Shown here: positions 35,799 to 48,349 of the stretch, piece by piece
How positions within the stretch are numbered: position 1 is the first letter of the stretch
How the letters are laid out: every line of letters starts with the position of its first letter
Source of the DNA: Albugo candida
Lineage: Eukaryota
Assembly: GCA_040437565.1 (NCBI GenBank)
Contig: JBDOQK010000011.1
Coordinates: forward strand, 434,001-498,000
Direction: 5' to 3'
DNA length: 64,000 nucleotides
The notes under the pieces: generated by a model
What the model saw: the letters and a program-made list of their open reading frames with translations, nothing else
What the model was told of the DNA's origin: nothing
Database searches by the model: none
Made by a program: the position numbers and the translations under genes

Positions 35799-37788
35799 AT
35801 GACGAATTCAAATGCTAAAATTCGCGACCACAAAGCACAGCGAAAAAAACAAAAAGCAAATGCGATCGAAAATGAAAATTGGAATGGCTGTATGTTCAAA
35901 ATTAAAGCAAAAAAACGATATTGTAATATTCCGAGGTATTACTAGCAATGCAACATCTCCTTTTTCAGATTATGAAATTTGATGTGCTCTTCCACAGAAT
36001 TCCTGGCTTCACATTCTGTGGCAATCATCAACCAAATGAATCGAAAAGCAGTACCGAAACCTTACTGAAGAAACGAAACGGAAAGAGTCATCGTGTTCCA
36101 TGTCCCTTGGATCCTTCTCATACAATATATGCCTCCGACGTCAGCAAACATGTTAGAATTTGTACCAAATACAAGGAGCAAAAGACTTGTGCAAATTCGT
36201 TGGGCTATAAGGAGAACATCAATTCGGGAAATAATATCCACACGTACCCCTTGCAAGATATATTTGATGAACGAGAACAAGTAGGTACTACACCACAACT
36301 CCTCGAACGACTGGTATGCTTTTTTTGAACCATTGAGAAGGGTTTGTGTTCGATATGTNNNNNNNNNNNNNNNNNNNNNNNNNNNNNNNNNNNNNNNNNN
36401 NNNNNNNNNNNNNNNNNNNNNNNNNNNNNNNNNNNNNNNNNNNNNNNNNNNNNNNNNNAAGAAACGAAACGGAAAGAGTCATCGTGTTCCATGTCCCTTG
36501 GATCCTTCTCATACAATATATGCCTCCGACGTCAGCAAACATGTTAGAATTTGTACCAAATACAAGGAGCAAAAGACTTGTGCAAATTCGTTGGGCTATA
36601 AGGAGAACATCAATTCGGGAAATAATATCCACACGTACCCCTTGCAAGATATATTTGATGAACGAGAACAAGTAGGTACTACACCACAACTCCTCGAACG
36701 ACTGGTATGCTTTTTTTGAACCATTGAGAAGGGTTTGTGTTCGATATGTGCTCCATTTGATAGCTGTTAATCGACCATCAATCTCTTTTGAATCGGATCG
36801 AAACAGTTTTTCGAGTAAACGTCAACAATATCCCGGTTCAACGTTTCGAGCAATTTCATTGTTCCAAATTATTGCAACAAAAAGTCCAGCACGGCGCCCA
36901 TAAAAATAGCATTCGTCATATTCAGCAGCAAGGCTCCATACTCGGAAATCTCGAGTCCAAAATCTCAATTTCTGCTAGTCACGTCTTCGTAGAGCTAGGA
37001 GCTGGTCGAGGAATGCTTTCATATGCGACGGCACAAGCTTTTCCAGAAAATGAATTCATCTTGGTCGATCGCTCCGCTTCTCGTGGCAAAGCTGACCATC
37101 GGATCGTCTCAATACCAAGTGCTATTGAGGCAAACCAAACGCATATCCGAAGAGCCAGTCGAGTTAAAATGGATATTCGCCACTTGGATATCGCAGCTAT
37201 ACCTCAAGCAAATGAAAAACCACTCGTATTCATATCGAAACATTTGTGTGGAGCCGCAACAGATCTTTCTCTCCGCGCAATGTCCCATCTTTTATCAGAC
37301 ACATGCGCCAAGACGAGTGTCGAGGGCGTAGCCATCGCGTTGTGCTGCCATCATGCATGCTCGTGGGATGATTATATCAATCCGTCTTTCATCCTGCAAA
37401 TGGTAAACCGAACATGGTGCCTACTAATTTCATCCATTATTGGGTTTTGTATTTGTAGGGTTTCCGGCCTGATGATTTCTGGTTTCTAAAGAAAATGACG
37501 TCGTGGGCAACGTGCAAACTGGCTGCAGACAAAAGTAGTGTACAGGAACTACTCGGAATTAGGTGCGTAGTGACCGATTGAATGTGTGGGAACTCAGAGG
37601 TGAAATCTGAATGTACGTGTGGTAGCCAATCGCATCGAGCGAAAATCGGTCTTTTCTGTAAGCGGATATTGGATACAGGAAGAATTTTGTTTCTGCGATC
37701 ACTTGGGTTACAGGCTGAGCTTGTATACTATTGTCACAGTGACGAGAGTGTAGAGAATTGCTTACTGCTTGCTTGGCATCAATATTGA
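35799..37788 (+). CDS. TRMT13: tRNA:m4X 2'-O-methyltransferase Trm13 (contains a gap with a duplicated exon)
   Basis: KKRYC...FCGNH zinc finger, RVPCPLDPSH...HVRIC, ELGAGRG, DIRHLD, SKHLCGAATD, ALCCHH, KRILDTGR and ENCLL. Confidence 0.9.
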
Positions 37789-37850
37789 TGCCAAGCTGAG
37801 TAAAATAGGAATATAAAGTGTGCCTCAAAAGGGATTATAAAAAAAAAATA

Positions 37851-38608
37851 GGGAGCCGCTAACCAGCCCGCAGTTTTCGCCAACCAGCCCTCACCCTTAA
37901 ATACAGCACTCTGAGCTATGATTACGAGTTATGATTGGCTAAGAAGAGTGCGCTTAGTTGAATATATGCTCTAAGAAGCGGTTTTACAATATTGAGATTG
38001 GCTAGGTCTATATCTAAATCTACTGCTGCATGTTTTGCTGGTGCTGTTGGTGCTGGTTTGCATTTGCTGCACAATGGCAGCAAGCTGGCCTTCGCAAGCA
38101 AGGCGAACTGCTGAATCCACTGTGAGTAGATCACCTGCAATAAATGAATCGTCAGATAAATGTAACTTTTGCCAGCACAATTAGCATACAATACAAACTA
38201 CCTGCTGACACAGAGATCCATCTTTTGAGAGCAGCATGGACGCTCTCCACCCATAACGTTAGTACATGCCCATATGGCGCGTATTGTGTAAAATAGCAAA
38301 AAACACTCCTTGTAAACCAGCCAAGTTGTCTCAAGGTAGCTCATCGTAGCAGCGAAGGTGGCATGCATTTGCGAATAGTTGGGTCATATGAGTGAAGTTT
38401 GATTTTATTGTATTTGATTCCGTAGCATCTATTCAGACCAATCAGAGGCCCCGATTGCCATAAATTTATGAAGGGTGGGGCTGGATAACGATTCTCCTAA
38501 TTATATTTACTCTGTTATATTTGTTAAACCAATCAGAGGCCACCCATCTATCAATACATGGAGGCTGGGGGCTGGTTAGCGAAAACTGCGGGCTGGTTAG
38601 CGGCTCCC
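37851..38608. mobile_element. Non-autonomous Mutator-like (MULE) DNA transposon derivative
   Basis: TIRs of about 40 bp: GGGAGCCGCTAACCAGCCCGCAGTTTTCGCCAACCAGCCC (37851-37890) and its inverse (about 38569-38608), with one mismatch. An internal minus-strand fragment VESVHAALKRWISVS resembles MULE transposase sequence. No clean TSD is seen. Confidence 0.75.
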
Positions 38609-38763
38609 CCTCAAAATAAATATCCTGGTTTTCAGCATGTAGTCACATCACTTTAGATCGATTNNNNNNNNNNNNNNNNNNNNNNNNNNNNNNNNNNNNN
38701 NNNNNNNNNNNNNNNNNNNNNNNNNNNNNNNNNNNNNNNNNNNNNNNNNNNNNNNNNNNNNNN

Positions 38764-39567
38764 GGCGCTACAATAAAATCGGAAAATATTCGAGGACTTC
38801 ACGAAGAGTACGAGAGCACTGCCGATGAGAACGAAGCTTCCGATAAAGTTCCTCTGGATGCAAAAGTCCTACATTACATATTGGAATCGATGGGAGCGCC
38901 CCACTACGAGCCTCGCGTGATACATCAATTACTCGAATTCATTCATCGTACGCACCATAAAACTCGAATGATAAAGGAATTGAACGTCTCTGTCCCTTAA
39001 ACAGGCTATTTGAGCGAAATACTATTGGACGCGCATGACTACGCCGCCTATGCCAAAAAAGAGGTTTCTTGATACATTGTACATTGTATAATGTGTGTAT
39101 CATCATTTCACACATGTAGACAATTGAAGCACAGGACATCCGTGTCGCAATAGCATCGCGCCTTGACAAGCAATACGCTCAAATACCGTCTCACGAGGTT
39201 GTTTTTGGCACTAAATACATATAATTTGTAAATGTGGCTGCTTTTATGTAGTTAACCATGGAACTGGCCAATAAGAGAAATTCCGTTCCACTACCCTCGA
39301 TATCCAATGAGTATGGCGTTCGTCTTCCACCACCGCAATTCCAACTACTCAATTATGATATGATTCGATATGATGAGGTATGGTCTAACATCCAACCAGA
39401 TGGTGGTCGTTCTTATGTGTTTGCTATAAAAGACGAGAGGAGGAAGCAATGTTCGGAATGATATGATACGTACGGAATCTAATGTGAAAGTCAGTTCACT
39501 AAGCAGTATTGAAGGCTCCAGAAACGTCAGAAAATGTAGTACTTCTATGAAGTTCAATATCAAATAG
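38764..39567 (+). CDS. TAF9: TFIID subunit TAF9 (5' end lies in the gap), multi-exon
   Basis: PLDAKVLHYILESMG, YEPRVIHQLLEF, ILLDA, DIRVAI, ELANKRNSVPLP and GVRLPP. Confidence 0.9.
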
Positions 39568-42254
39568 TAAATTTGCACATGTGACATTTTGTATAGAAAT
39601 GACAATGCTTGTTTGCATGGCACTTTTGTATATGGAAGACCTTTATCGACACAAAAGACAGCTTAGAGAGGCGAGCGAAAGATACTCGCGAATGGGTGAA
39701 TACATCCGTCATGGAGTTTTGTGTGGTCTTAATGATTTGGACCATCACCACCCAGATCGCCATATTCTGTGTTACCAAAGATTCATCTAGGGAAGGCTAC
39801 GATCTCACATAAAAATTACTCATCAAAACGCGTCGGAGAATACGACTAGTATGAATGCACGTGTTTTTTTCGCTTATATGGATCATCAGTTTCCTCGGTC
39901 TACAGGTGCACCAAAAGTTAATGCGCAATATGATTTGAGATGTCAGATGTGTTCCTGCATATCAAAAAAAGGCTCAAGCAACCTTCTTCATTACCGCCTT
40001 CATCCCGGCATTGTCTGGTTCCCAAAGTTGTCGTGATCGAATGGAAAAGAGTCACGCTTAGGTCGACTCCTACCATTTCCTACTTCGCTAATCAGCACGA
40101 TTACCTCACCAGAACGATCTGTACGCCATCCCAATTTACCAAACTTATTTGAAACTGGGGCGAAAGTCTATGCGGGGTAATTATCAGAATTTGGAAGCAA
40201 CTACCTTGAGAGTCGAAGTATTACATGTATGGTCTTCTGCGCGTATATTAGGTCTCGTCATTCAAAGTCAAAAAGCTCTCATCAAGCATATCAATACTTC
40301 AATGTGCCTGTCATGCTCGAGTGATATTTCGCATTGTGCGCTGCTATTTGCGATCTGATTATACATGGTTAAATTCCCTGGAACCATCAAACGAACGTGG
40401 CACTTCGAGCGCATTGCGTGGATCTGCTTTATTGTCGACAAGAAAGTCCATCTCATTCATGTCTCTATGAACTGTTTGCGACATCCGCTCCTTAAGACGC
40501 ACCTATGCTGAGCGGCGACCAGCTCTATCTGACTCTTAAATATGGCATCATGACATACTAAAATCGGTCCGAGTTCACCTGAATCATTTCTTAACTAGGC
40601 AGTTGGCAAAGATCGTGATACGCGAATGAACTGCAGCGTATATATCAAGGATTACACATGTTCAATGAAATGAATGTTGTGCAATCGATCCCTTGAAGAA
40701 ATCTTCGGCTCGTCTTTGAATGCCTTATGTTTGGGGCATTTGCTTCAACTTGTTTGTCACCAGTAAGATAGCAATTAGAAAGCTGGATCCATACCATTTC
40801 TGCTTACGGTCCTAGTCAGAGCCATAATTCGATCAAATACATGAATAAAAGCTCTTGTTCAGACATGTCATGTTGAAGCATATGAGCGATATATTTTGGT
40901 TTGCAACACCCGCGAACTGGTGCTTGTGAAGTTCTGTCACATTTGATGCCCATTGCTATCGGGCGACAAATCATATCAACCTTTCTGTACGATAATAAGT
41001 ATGGAATAGCTCGATCAGCCAAGCAGCGAAAGCAACATATCAATAGGCGTAGTGCTAGTCAAGTTTAGAACGTAGAGGAGAGGAGATTGGTAATGGTCGA
41101 TGCTTCCAAGCACCTGGTCTAGCTGCAAGCGATATTGAGTACATGAGGATTATGTGGATAGATAAACTGCCTTGTCATCCAACCATCTATGCTAACTCAT
41201 ACTGTCTGACTGCGAGAGCAAGGATGTGTAACTTACGATATAGATTGCACAATGGGAGTGCCCTTAAAAATCCGCGGGGCTATCAGCGCCATAGGTGAGT
41301 TAAATTATGCTGCCATCGAAACAGTCTCTAAAATTATCTGCTGGTTCGAGAATCTGAACTACAGCGCTTGGTTAACCAAATAATATATAAAAAGTGAGTA
41401 TAGACAAATCAAGCCGAAATGCCTCTGGAAGTATCAGCACATTTGTGCTGCACCCTGGCCTAAATACCGAGCGAGAGGTGATTTAACATCACGTAGAGTA
41501 CAAACTCCTACCCGAGAGCACCGCCTATGGCATGCAATTCAGTGCGTCTGGCGAGTGACTGCGTTAGAAGACTGAACTCAATCATAGATGGGGACGTTCA
41601 GTATCATTATTCAAGCATTGAATATATACGAATTGATGATATAATTGTAACTAGACCAGTCTCAGCCTTGCGTGTCACGCTATCTAGGCATTCTTCGCCG
41701 GGACGGAGAACCATGGCGTCATTATGGATGGACACTTACGTGGAAATTACGGCTGTATCTTACACCTAATGCTTGTAATACGCAAGGGTTTGCTCAGTAT
41801 GAGGCTCTATGCATAAAAAGGTATGTGCATAAGAGGCTCTAAATCATACATCAACGTGGTATTTATTCATTCGAATACCGTCGTTAGTGTGATGTGTTTC
41901 CCGCTATTCGTTCTCGAAATGATATCGAATACAAGCCTTTCGCCTATGAAGAAAGCATCGCACCGTCATCGACATGCTCCGTAGTATGAAAAAATAGGTC
42001 ATCATCCCTTGCGTCGAGGTCTGCTTGCTGTTTTTTTCGACCGCACATAAGACATCTCTGAAGGAAATACTGTGATGTGTCTCGTGCAAAAACAACGACG
42101 TAAGCTATACAACTAGGCCATGACATTATGAGCGGCTGTGTTACTTTCCCTAAATATTTGTGCAACGTCTCGAACATGATTTATCCTTCTTCAAAAGAAT
42201 AGAAAATGTTCGCTTCCCGCTTTCGCTGGGTTCAGGTCACAGTATCGCCCAATA

Positions 42255-42269
42255 TCATTTGCAAATTGG
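42255..42269 (+). promoter_or_regulatory. Oomycete Inr/FPR-like core promoter of HAD copy A
   Basis: TCATTTGCAAATTGG ends 4 nt before the ATG. The same spacing occurs in copies B and C. Confidence 0.55.
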
Positions 42270-42273
42270 CCCA

Positions 42274-43413
42274 ATGGGTATCAAGTCCTTAATGCTTGGA
42301 ATACTTCCATTTGTTCCGGGTAGCGACGTTTCGGAATACTTTTGGAAAAGAACTCGTGAGACCGGGACGGAAAAATTCTTCACCGAAGTGAATTCCAGAG
42401 CAAGAAGCACAAAACAAAAGAAATGTGCATTTTTCAATATGGAAGGCACTCTTGTGGATGCCGATTTGGCAAGTTCCGTTTTTGCATATCAAGTACGGAT
42501 GCTCGATTTTGCCTTCGTCTCGAAGGATGTCCCAGCACTGTTTGGTTTGGGTCCTGCTAAAGGATGGTGCACCCCCACGGTGGTGCAGTGGAAGGACGCA
42601 GACCGCGTCGTGAAGGTCGACTTTGAAATCCTTCTTTCAGAAATCGAAACAATGTTTGCAACGTATATGGCGATGTCAGCATCTGAACGAGCGAGCTCTG
42701 GCAAATATCAAATAAGGCTCAAAACCCTCATTGCCGTTTGGGGTAACTTGTCACTTGCACACATGCAAAATGAGGATGTCATTGAAGATTGTAGGTATTT
42801 GTCGAAAACCTTTAGATACCGACTGCTATATGGAATGAGTATGGAGAAGCGGAAAGAAATGATGGAAAATGTGCTCCGCGAAAAGCCAAGTCAAAGAGCT
42901 GATAGTTATATATACGACGGAATATCTGTTGAAATCCCGACCAGCAATCCAGCTGTCTACGAAGAACAGAAAGCGCTCCTCGCCGTATTGAAAAAGGCTA
43001 AAGTGATTTCGTTTGTCATCAGTGATATGGCAACGCCATATTTGGATACTCTTATTACATACTATAAACTTGACATCCTATCAGAGTATGCGCAGGGCAC
43101 CTTTGATGATAAGAATATGCTTGCCGTAGATGGCTATACCAATTATGGTGAAGGAAAGAAAAGGACAATGCAAGATATAATGAAAACGCACAGCTGTACA
43201 GCTTTCTTCGCTTCAGGGGACTCAATTGGCGATTACGAAATCCTGCAATTTGTGCTCGACAACGGAGGGTTTGTGTTTGTTCAAAAAGGATTGGAGTTTG
43301 ACGAGAAATTAAATTTTGGTACGGGCAATCCCGAGAGCGTCCGCATTCAAGAGGTTACCGTCCAACCGCCATCGTGGATAAACAAAGACGCAAGCGTCCA
43401 CAAAGCAATCTAA
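42274..43413 (+). CDS. Putative secreted HAD-fold protein, family copy A (motif I degenerate: NMEGT)
   Basis: ATG 42274 (MGIKSLMLGILPFVPG) aligns with the paralog starts. Shared motifs AYQVR..FAF, YRLLY.M, PAVYEEQKAL, FVIS, GEGK and GDSIGD. Confidence 0.8.
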   Translation: MGIKSLMLGILPFVPGSDVSEYFWKRTRETGTEKFFTEVNSRARSTKQKKCAFFNMEGTLVDADLASSVFAYQVRMLDFAFVSKDVPALFGLGPAKGWCTPTVVQWKDADRVVKVDFEILLSEIETMFATYMAMSASERASSGKYQIRLKTLIAVWGNLSLAHMQNEDVIEDCRYLSKTFRYRLLYGMSMEKRKEMMENVLREKPSQRADSYIYDGISVEIPTSNPAVYEEQKALLAVLKKAKVISFVISDMATPYLDTLITYYKLDILSEYAQGTFDDKNMLAVDGYTNYGEGKKRTMQDIMKTHSCTAFFASGDSIGDYEILQFVLDNGGFVFVQKGLEFDEKLNFGTGNPESVRIQEVTVQPPSWINKDASVHKAI

Positions 43414-45594
43414 TACCCTTTTCTGCATGAGTAGACGCTTCTGGGTATTGTGTCTATACCTTTATTCTATCAAAGTTTATTCAAATTAGCCGTCTTCAAT
43501 CAATTTAGACTCTGTCGAAGAGAAATTCATCGTACTTTGCTAGAATTTGCAGGACCGCTATATATATAACGATTTGCCAGAATACCGTGAAGCGTCGAAA
43601 GAATAGCTCAGCGAATTTATAGGACCCGGTGCAAAAAATGGTTCGTGGGTTCATATTAGTGCATACCTACCACTGGCACTCTCTTCTTTTAAGAAAACCT
43701 TTGACTGATTTTATTAGTAATGCAATATTTGTAGGTGCGAGCATTAACGTAGCCGCTGCAACCCTGGATAAAGGGGTAAGCTGAGGGTAATAACGCATGA
43801 GTGCCCCGAGGATGGATCCCATGACGAAGTCACCCGATCTACGATACGAAATTTAGCATTATGTCACATCAACGAAGAGTAAGGAAGATAAGAAACTGTT
43901 TACCGGAAGAATACAGACGATTTGCCCAACACATCCGAATTGCAACGTTATTAGGTGGTGTCGGAGAAGTCAATATGATCATTTGGTCGCAATTCGCAAC
44001 GAGATATGTGCACCGATCACTCGAAAAGGAATAAGCGCATAGAGAACTGATATGCTTAATGAAAAGCTCCTTTATTTTGACTGTTGAGGTCTGTCGTTTT
44101 GAGTTTGAAATATTGTCGCACCTGTGTGACACGTGACCACTCGTTGGAATACCATTTTCAAGCCGCCCAAACGAGCCCACATTATAATGCAGTCTCATTC
44201 TAAACGTTTATGCTCAATTACAGCATGTCCAGAGCCGAATAAAGTCAATTTTTTCTAAAGGCTGATGCACGGAACGTATCGTCTTGATTTGCTTGATAGA
44301 TTGCTTGTGAGATGAAGTAGGGCTTCAGTGAAAACGACATCAGAGAAGGTTCTTTGCCTCTGTTGTGAACAAGAAGGCATAGACCAGCCTCCTCATTAAT
44401 CTTAATGAGCATAGCTTGAGAATTTGCCTGGTCTCGTATCAGTGAGCCTGTTGACCCGGAATGCTAATTACGATCCATGCGATGGCCTATTAAAGTGAGA
44501 CAACAAAAATGCTATCACGACACAATTCCTCCAGATGCGTTTTAATTGAAGCTGTACGTGTGACAGATGATTTTTGATCCCATAAATATATCTCCGTATG
44601 CATAAGATTCGAGTCCGAAATTTGGAAAATGCCATTGTTGGACGATTTTACTGAACGCACACGATTATTGAGACCGAATGCTTGACATTTAATCATCTCG
44701 ATTGTATAGGCGATGTGTTGAGATGAAAAGTGCTTCATGTACTTCGTTTCTCGACATGGATCCTATAGGGTCAACTTGCCATCCATTGCCCTGATTGCAT
44801 CTTTTGTAAAGCTTCCATACATGACAGAACTTCGCGCTTTGTGAGATTTTTTGTATAAGATTCAAGCATATCTCACTCGAGAATCCACCGAACTAGTGAG
44901 GAAGCTCTCGAAACTTCGTCTTACAATATTTTCGGAAATAAAAATTGGCGATGACGAAGGACTTCAGCATAAGCATTGGCGCTGCTGAGAAAAGGTAAAC
45001 CAAATCCCGAGTAGAGCGAATGTTTGATGCATTTAAGTAGACGAGCCCATTCTCCAAAAATTCAAGTTACCAGACTGAACTTGAGCTAAATCACTTCATT
45101 TGTTAGATGATAAGTGGCAAGGTCGATGCAAGTATCGCCCCAGTTTAGCAGTTCGAAAACAAAGATCATGTGTACAATCGTTCTCATACATTATAACCAT
45201 TCAATTTTGAAGATCGTGAGATCGTAACATCAACATTACGGGCAATTGCAGTCAGATACATGTCACGATCTGTAATGCCAGATTGATGGCACACCGCTAC
45301 AACGCACAATTCAGGAGACGGCTATATAGAAATCCTGCAACGTGATTTCAAGGATGCGGATGAACCTTCTACCATACACATAATGATCACATCGTCATGC
45401 TTCGCGAGTAAGTGTATCTCAACCTGTTGAAGATACTCTTCGTGATGCAAAGCATTCTGAATCGATTGATCAATGGAGGAAACGGGATGAATCAGATTGA
45501 GATTTGTTCGACGTAGTGACTCTAGAGTGGATAGATCAAAAAACACTATGGAAGGGAGAACAATGCATTATGTACACTAAGCGAATCAGATTGG

Positions 45595-46743
45595 TCATCT
45601 CTTCCTTGTATGGTGTCGTTCATTCTTCCATTTAGCGACATTCAATTCAACATTTTGTATATGGACCGAAGGAGAATTGCTGAAGCATGTCAAATCAACA
45701 TTTTGTATATGGACCGAAGGAGAATTGCTGAAGCATGTCAAATCAACAGGAAGTGGCAGTTGTTGCCGAAAAAGCACAAAGCCTTGAAGCATTATAATGT
45801 GGACCAGCAAAGCATAATCAACCATAATGTCCCCCGAAGCATAATAAGCTTTGCATGGTTGACTATCGATAATTTCTTCTGTTGTCTTCTCCTTAGCAGA
45901 ATCCATCCCATCCACAACTCCGCCTGGACTGAATCGCAAAATTAGATGTGAGCCAAATACAGCTTCTAGTTCGATATCAAGCTCAAAATGTTTGATTATA
46001 GCATCCAGATATCCTTTTGGTACAGTGCTGATCACAAGTCGAGCCACTCCAACGTCTTTTAAAGCGGCGATTAGTGCCTTCTGTTCTTCGTAGATAGCAG
46101 GAAAATCACTTGAATTTTCTTCATTTGGTTGCTTCTTGAGCACTTCTAGCACAAGTTTTTCTTGGTCCTCGTTACTCATTTTATAAAGTAGTCTGTATTT
46201 GTAGGTTGTTGATAAGGCTCTACACTTAGGTATTTCATCATTATTTTCTGTGTGTTGGATAATCACCTTGACCCAATCAGCAATTAGAGCTCCAAGACGC
46301 GATTTGTCTGCAGCAGCGAGTTCTACGTCATATCTATCAATCGAATTATATTTTGTAAAGATTTCGCAGATGTGACGCGCAATATCATGAATTGTGACGG
46401 ATCGTTTGTCTTCCAAGATGTAAGAATCCGACAGAGCACACCCTTCCGAAGCACCTTGAATTTTGAAAACTGTCTCGACATCTTCAGCCCAGAAGGCAAA
46501 ATGGAATCTTCGTACTTGATAAGCAAATACGAGACTTGACAGGTCAGAATTCATGATACCTCCATTCATACCAAAAAATGCACACACATTGTCGCCATTA
46601 GCCTTGCTTTCGCTAATTTTGTCAAAAACTTTTCTGAAGAAATTTTCCGAACCGGTGCCATCAATCTTTCTGTAAAACTCTTCAACAGGGCTCCCAAAGC
46701 AAACAAAGGGAAGTAACTCGTAGATCAAGTTCTTGATAGCCAT
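45595..46743 (-). CDS. Putative secreted HAD-fold protein, family copy B (motif I degenerate: GMNGG)
   Basis: MAIKNLIYELLPFVCFG, AYQVRRFHFAF, YRLLYKM, PAIYEEQKAL, LVIST and GDIMVD. Confidence 0.8.
   Translation of the reverse strand: MAIKNLIYELLPFVCFGSPVEEFYRKIDGTGSENFFRKVFDKISESKANGDNVCAFFGMNGGIMNSDLSSLVFAYQVRRFHFAFWAEDVETVFKIQGASEGCALSDSYILEDKRSVTIHDIARHICEIFTKYNSIDRYDVELAAADKSRLGALIADWVKVIIQHTENNDEIPKCRALSTTYKYRLLYKMSNEDQEKLVLEVLKKQPNEENSSDFPAIYEEQKALIAALKDVGVARLVISTVPKGYLDAIIKHFELDIELEAVFGSHLILRFSPGGVVDGMDSAKEKTTEEIIDSQPCKAYYASGDIMVDYALLVHIIMLQGFVLFRQQLPLPVDLTCFSNSPSVHIQNVDLTCFSNSPSVHIQNVELNVAKWKNERHHTRKR
45647..45748 (-). repeat. 48-bp in-frame tandem duplication in HAD copy B
   Basis: tcaacattttgtatatggaccgaaggagaattgctgaagcatgtcaaa occurs twice, giving DLTCFSNSPSVHIQNV x2. 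Confidence 0.92.
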
Positions 46744-46747
46744 TAGG

Positions 46748-46762
46748 CCAATTAAAAAATGA
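46748..46762 (-). promoter_or_regulatory. Oomycete Inr/FPR-like core promoter of HAD copy B
   Basis: TCATTTTTTAATTGG ends 4 nt before the ATG. Confidence 0.5.
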
Positions 46763-48349
46763 ATGGCAACATTGTGACCTTACCTCAGCCGAGGTGCGGG
46801 GAGGGTAGATATTTTAAATATTCTGAAAAAGATAGAAACAAGCCCGTGAAGTTCCACAAAAGTCGAAAAAGGGGACGTAATTCTGCCAATTCTGTTATGG
46901 CCCGTTGCAACATCTCAAGACGCTCTTTTTTGTATGAGACACATCACATTTTTTATTATGGAGATGCGTTAATTACGTTCGAAGAAAACAAACTACATCT
47001 AAATAGAAGACCTTATGCCAAACTTCATATTCAATTTGGTTCATATCGGCATGACCACTTTCCCGTCTGTTGGCAATGGCAAAGTGGTCAAAGGTTTCTC
47101 TGGGATCTGATCCTGGTGTTGCTTTACATAAACGATGAGCTTGTATTTGACAATATTCCAGAAAGAACGAATAGNNNNNNNNNNNNNNNNNNNNNNNNNN
47201 NNNNNNNNNNNNNNNNNNNNNNNNNNNNNNNNNNNNNNNNNNNNNNNNNNNNNNNNNNNNNNNNNNNNNNNNNNAAAACTCTTCAACAGGGCTCCCAAAG
47301 CAAACAAAGGGAAGTAACTCGTAGATCAAGTTCTTGATAGCCATTAGGCCAATTAAAAAATGAATGGCAACATTGTGACCTTACCTCAGCCGAGGTGCGG
47401 GGAGGGTAGATATTTTAAATATTCTGAAAAAGATAGAAACAAGCCCGTGAAGTTCCACAAAAGTCGAAAAAGGGGACGTAATTCTGCCAATTCTGTTATG
47501 GCCCGTTGCAACATCTCAAGACGCTCTTTTTTGTATGAGACACATCACATTTTTTATTATGGAGATGCGTTAATTACGTTCGAAGAAAACAAACTACATC
47601 TAAATAGAAGACCTTATGCCAAACTTCATATTCAATTTGGTTCATATCGGCATGACCACTTTCCCGTCTGTTGGCAATGGCAAAGTGGTCAAAGGTTTCT
47701 CTGGGATCTGATCCTGGTGTTGCTTTACATAAACGATGAGCTTGTATTTGACAATATTCCAGAAAGAACGAATAGCGTGCAAGCAAATCACACTATCGAT
47801 TACTTCCAATGTGTGAAAACCACCTGAAGTTAAGTTATAGAATCTATCAGACACAGCGCCTGATACACGAGCACAAAACTGGTTGAATGATAGTAAGCAT
47901 TTGGTGTGAGCTGTTTCCACGTAAATTCCCATCTGTGATGACGCCATGACTTTACATGGATGCAACAAATTGATCTCGATAGCGTGATACGCAAGAGTGA
48001 CACTGAGCCATTTGCAAACGCATCATGTACTAGTCTATTTAGTCAATTCTCAACTATTAATGATGCTAGATCCCTTCATTTTTTGATTCGATCGTTCGAT
48101 GCCGCCATGCACTAAATGCCCTGATTTGCATGTCGAATGCGGTGAGAGCTAAAGATGGTGCCCTCTATTGCGAGTTACAATCCAACGCAAGCCAACCACC
48201 CCTCACACGCTAATTAAGCCAATGTAGAGCACAAACGCAGTGGTAGTTCCAAGGAGAAGGAGAACTATAGAATATGGAAAAGTCTATATTCGAAAGAATA
48301 TCTGATAATGTGATTTGAGAGTTCTATTTTCAGGTTGCATCACTCCAGC

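Noticed and set aside
36068-36748. Apparent duplicated zinc-finger exon in TRM13
   Set aside because: Identical repeat across an N gap; assembly artefact.
42160-42273. GTG-initiated N-terminal extension of HAD copy A
   Set aside because: Paralog alignment and the Inr-like element place the start at ATG 42274.
43500-45550. Short ORFs between HAD copies A and B, with faint resemblance to 52.1-52.8 kb
   Set aside because: Similarity is too weak to call by eye and no motif was recognised.
47275-47774. Extra HAD copy B 5' fragment and the 155-192 aa plus-strand ORFs (46759, 47360)
   Set aside because: Gap-flanking duplicate of 46676-47174. The ORFs run through the HAD upstream region, and I saw no equivalent intact ORF in the paralogous flanks.
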